This document shows, in pieces, positions 60,455 through 64,000 of a stretch of 64,000 nucleotides of DNA. The stretch spans positions 160,001 through 224,000 of the forward strand of contig CBDCKW010000005.1 in NCBI GenBank assembly GCA_965218435.1, in the 5' to 3' direction. The notes beneath the pieces were generated by a model, which did not search any database, was not told the DNA's origin, and worked only from the letters and a program-made list of their open reading frames with translations. Position 1 is the stretch's first letter. Each line of letters opens with the position of its first letter. The translations under genes were made by a program, and so were the position numbers. The DNA is from Truepera sp. Lineage in GTDB: Bacteria > Deinococcota > Deinococci > Deinococcales > Trueperaceae.

Positions 60455-62503
60455 TTAAGCTGAACCGTTTTGTTCTTTTTGCAAAAGGTCTAACAGGTTG
60501 ATGGCGATAACATCCGGCGGAATCGCCATCCCCCCGTAGTTTCCGGTCACGCTGTTGTGGGTGTCAGCGAAACAGGTATCCAGCAAACCCTGCTCGAACA
60601 GCTCGAGCGTGTCCGGCAAATTGTGAGGCAACCAGGTTTTCTCGTTAGCGCCAAGCATCCAGCGCAACGCCGCCGTGGTGACGCCCTGTTGGTAGCGACG
60701 CCAGTCGATGTCTGGGTCGACGGTTTTCCAGTCGATGCCGTAGTGACTCGAGAGCGCAAAAGTCTCTAAGACCTCCCACTGCACGTGGTCGCGTACCCAG
60801 TTGGCGAAGTACCAATCGCTCGCGCACAAGCAGGGTTTGGTGTTGTAAAGCGCGGGGGCCGCGTCAGGCTCCCACAGATGGGTGAACGGCAACAGCGCAC
60901 GCAGCCAGTGGCGTGCCTTTTGTAAATAACGGTCGTCCCTGAAGTGCCGATACCCGAGATAATAGGCGACGGCGGCGTGTCCGGCGGCGAGCAGGTTGGG
61001 GCTGTGGAGCGGCGTTTCCCAGTAGTCGCCGCCTTCGGGACGTTGCATCTCCAAACAGTAGTCGAGCGCTTTGCGGGCGGCGTCGGCAAACTCGGATTCA
61101 TCTGTAGTTTCTGTGAGATAAAGCAGCTCGAGCACCGGCAATATCGTAATATCCAGGGCCGTGTCCTGAGCGTGGCCCATCGGTTCTAAAAAGGTCGTCG
61201 CTACGATGAAGTCGTCTTTGCGGTAGTGCCGCCCTGCCGGATCGAACGGGAACGCGCCGTTCTCCTGCTGCGCCTCGAGCAAACCTCGTCCGTGCTCGAG
61301 CAAGGCGTCTCGAGACAGGTTCTTTTCACGCAAGGGCAGATATTTTTCATGTTCAGGCTGCGCTCTGACCCACTCGAGCTTTTCCGCCAAGCGCGTCGCC
61401 GTTTCTGTGCTTGCATAGCGTGCCACATAAGCCGGGGCGAAACGCGGGAGTTTTGGCTGAACCGAGTTTTCTGTCTGCGCCGTGCCGAAGCCTTTGCCTT
61501 CGTGCCACAGGTGTGTGGTGTAGGCGTCGGCGATGCGGTGAAGCGCATCTTCAAAAGACCAGCGCGGTTCCGGTGGTGGAGGCAAACCGCGCCGTTTAAC
61601 GTAGTCCGCTACGACGTCCAAGCTAGTACCTTGGGTCAAGAAAATTTCTGCGTCGAAGTGGAGCCACTGTTCATGGTGGAGCTCGAGCGGCGGCTCGGCG
61701 TAAACCTGGTTTTCTAAAGCTTCCACCTCCGCGTCCGGCAGCATCAGCCCCAGCAGGTGCTGATTGCAGCGGTCGATAAAATTGGGCGAGGCGAATACGG
61801 GTTGCTGCTTTTGTCTGCGGTAATTGAACCAACCGGTCGCGTCCTGCACAGGGTTCCAGGCCATCCCGATGCCCACGCCCTCGTGACTCACCGCCATCAG
61901 CGGGATGGCGACCTTGTTCGGGTGCGGCATAAACCGTTTGGCCCAGGGGTCTTTGAACCAGTCGGTGCCGCTCGACCATTCCTCGCCGACGAGCCACTCG
62001 ACGCCGGGAAAGATGGCGTCGGTTTTGTCATGTCCAAAACTACCTGCGCCCACCTTTAACCAGGGGCCGCGCACGTAGCGGGCGTACTGGTTAGCTTTGG
62101 ATATATAGCGGCAAGAAATCATGAGCCGGGGCGCGTCTGGTACTAAGGTCAGCCTGACTTCTCCCACCAGGCAGTGAACCTCGAGCGGATAGTGGAGCCA
62201 GCTTTCGAAAGAGGTTCCCTTCAGCTTGTCCTTGACAATAAGGGATTTGACGCTAAAGGTTAGGGTGTCGCCTTCGCTGTTTTGGGTGTGTTTGCATGTT
62301 TCGGCCTCGAGCCGCATCGGAATCTCCTGGTCGCGCAGCAGCAGCTCGCCTAAATGTTCCAAAACACCCAAGCACTTGCCCTGCGGGCTCAACAGTTCGG
62401 CCCAGCCCCAACCGGTCAGCCGCTTGTGAACCTCGACGCGGAGGTACTCGTTTTGCAAGGTGACGGTTTCGCCGCCATAACTGGCGTGTTGGTAGACTGG
62501 CAT
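60455..62503 (-). CDS. Hypothetical 682-aa protein, possibly a carbohydrate-active enzyme
   Basis: Long aromatic-rich ORF inside the sugar operon; no family recognised. Confidence 0.75.
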   Translation of the reverse strand: MPVYQHASYGGETVTLQNEYLRVEVHKRLTGWGWAELLSPQGKCLGVLEHLGELLLRDQEIPMRLEAETCKHTQNSEGDTLTFSVKSLIVKDKLKGTSFESWLHYPLEVHCLVGEVRLTLVPDAPRLMISCRYISKANQYARYVRGPWLKVGAGSFGHDKTDAIFPGVEWLVGEEWSSGTDWFKDPWAKRFMPHPNKVAIPLMAVSHEGVGIGMAWNPVQDATGWFNYRRQKQQPVFASPNFIDRCNQHLLGLMLPDAEVEALENQVYAEPPLELHHEQWLHFDAEIFLTQGTSLDVVADYVKRRGLPPPPEPRWSFEDALHRIADAYTTHLWHEGKGFGTAQTENSVQPKLPRFAPAYVARYASTETATRLAEKLEWVRAQPEHEKYLPLREKNLSRDALLEHGRGLLEAQQENGAFPFDPAGRHYRKDDFIVATTFLEPMGHAQDTALDITILPVLELLYLTETTDESEFADAARKALDYCLEMQRPEGGDYWETPLHSPNLLAAGHAAVAYYLGYRHFRDDRYLQKARHWLRALLPFTHLWEPDAAPALYNTKPCLCASDWYFANWVRDHVQWEVLETFALSSHYGIDWKTVDPDIDWRRYQQGVTTAALRWMLGANEKTWLPHNLPDTLELFEQGLLDTCFADTHNSVTGNYGGMAIPPDVIAINLLDLLQKEQNGSA

Positions 62504-63018
62504 TTCAACCTCTTAATCGAAAAGGTAACAAGGTTACCGAGCGCTGTTGGGAAAAGCAGATTCGATGGGACTGGTTAGGCTGTGTTCCACTTCGCCATCT
62601 TGAGAAGTACACCGGATCTTGAGATAGATCTGGTGAACATAAAGTTTCGCAACCTCCTTTCTCAACTTCTTACCTGCGGTACGGTAGATCTCACCTCAAA
62701 CAAGTTATCGAACAGAACCTGCATGGAATTAGTCGAACTATCCACTTAAATTAACTGACATCAATAGCTTGCTTCGTGTGGGCATTAATACTCTCTGATG
62801 ATGGTCGCGGCTATACCTACCTCCTGAATTAACGAGCTTCCTGACCCGTCGTGCAATAACTAGAGTCAGTTCGTCGAGAACTAAGAAGTGTTTCTTAAGT
62901 TTGACATATAAAAATCTGCTGAACCTTTAACTGCACTATAACTAGAACTCCCTTTCAAGTGGGTAGGTGGCCAAGAGTTGAGCGCCGAACGAGTTTAACC
63001 TTGACTTTTCTCAAAATC

Positions 63019-63843
63019 TCAACCTTTGACTGCCCCCCCCGTTAAACCGGCGACGATATAACGCTGGGCGAGCAAAAAGAACGCCACAGCGGGGAGTAAG
63101 TTGACCGAAATAAAGGCCATAACCCGGTTCCATTCGGTCGAGAATTCGCCCCTATAGTTGACGAGCCCCAGTGGCCAGGGATGGTTCGCTGGATTGGTCC
63201 CGAGCATAATTAGAGGTAGCATATAGCCGTTCCACGACGTCACTAGCGTCAAAACGCCTACGGTTGCCAGAATCGGCAGCGACAGCGGTATGATAAAGCG
63301 AAAGTAAAAGCCGATATAGCCAATGCCGTCAACCCGCGCTGCCTCAAACAATTCGTGTGGTAGTTGCTCAAAGAACCCTCTAAAAAACAGCACTGACCCT
63401 GCAATGCCAAAGGCGACTTGCGGCAAGATCACCGCCCAGTGGGTATTAAAGATGTGCAGGTACGAGTTATTGATAACGAAAATCGGTACGATAGCGGCGG
63501 CAGCTGGAAACATCAACCCGAGCAGGAGATACGAATAGACGAAATCTTGTCCGGCGAATTTGAGATGGCTAAAGGTAAAAGCTGCCATCGACGCAACAAT
63601 CAAGACTAAAAAGACTGTAAAGAAAGCGATGTTTAGCGAGTTCAGCGCGTAACGCCAGGTTGCGGGTGAACCGAGGATATCGCTATAAGCGTCGAAACGC
63701 CACACTTGTGGCAAACCCACCGGGTTGTTGCGCAGTTCGCCGGTGGACTTGAAACCGCCGATAAAAGTCGCCCAGATGGGGAGCAGCACAAAGCCAGATA
63801 AGGTGAGCAGAAAAAGGTACTTAAAGTAGATCGCAAGTCTCAT
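63019..63843 (-). CDS. Carbohydrate ABC permease
   Basis: LFEAARVDG, LTGGAVKG C-terminus. Confidence 0.9.
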   Translation of the reverse strand: MRLAIYFKYLFLLTLSGFVLLPIWATFIGGFKSTGELRNNPVGLPQVWRFDAYSDILGSPATWRYALNSLNIAFFTVFLVLIVASMAAFTFSHLKFAGQDFVYSYLLLGLMFPAAAAIVPIFVINNSYLHIFNTHWAVILPQVAFGIAGSVLFFRGFFEQLPHELFEAARVDGIGYIGFYFRFIIPLSLPILATVGVLTLVTSWNGYMLPLIMLGTNPANHPWPLGLVNYRGEFSTEWNRVMAFISVNLLPAVAFFLLAQRYIVAGLTGGAVKG

Positions 63844-64000
63844 ACACGCTTCCTCTTGAAGAGGCTCTGGTCACCCATGACGAAGTACTGATAGCTAAAC
63901 CCCACGACGATGCTGATGGCGAACAAGATAATACTCGCCGCTGAAGCGATACCGTAGCGTTGACGGCGCGATAAGCCCCACTCGTAAATAAAGGTCGCCA
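63840..64000 (-). CDS. Carbohydrate ABC permease, C-terminal part (runs off the window)
   Basis: ATFIYEWG...RYGIASAASIILFAISIVVGFSYQYF. Confidence 0.75.
   Translation of the reverse strand, partial: ATFIYEWGLSRRQRYGIASAASIILFAISIVVGFSYQYFVMGDQSLFKRKRV

Noticed and set aside
62520..63010. AT-rich gap within the sugar operon as an ncRNA or gene
   Set aside because: No convincing ORF or recognisable RNA structure.

Overview
Part of a large plasmid or chromid. The host is probably Deinococcota (Trueperaceae-like), inferred only from gene types and abundant CTCGAG. The window has three zones. (1) 1-29.8 kb: a tyrosine recombinase, cut at its 5' end by an IS982 element, precedes a cargo region. 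About ten co-oriented 34-bp sites with a loxP-like 13-8-13 layout (core spacer CGCGCTCA, right arm ending CGCA[T/C]AA) fall at the boundaries between unrelated gene modules. The cargo includes a complete vanY-vanRS-vanHAX glycopeptide-resistance cluster, ABC exporters, an APH-family phosphotransferase, a NylC-like hydrolase, a beta-lactamase-fold hydrolase, an Ada pseudogene and a TetR-regulated oxidoreductase operon. This recombinase-plus-site array is the best candidate for an undescribed gene-cassette system distinct from integrons. (2) 30-40 kb: replicon core (parAB, candidate parS palindromes, iterons, Rep_3 initiator) with IS200, IS630 and nested IS3/IS982/IS5 elements. (3) 42-64 kb: sugar and sugar-acid catabolism (ABC importers, HisD/HpsN-like dehydrogenase, frameshifted GH78 rhamnosidase, L-rhamnonate dehydratase-like enzyme, FAH hydrolase). 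All calls come from reading the sequence; no searches were run.
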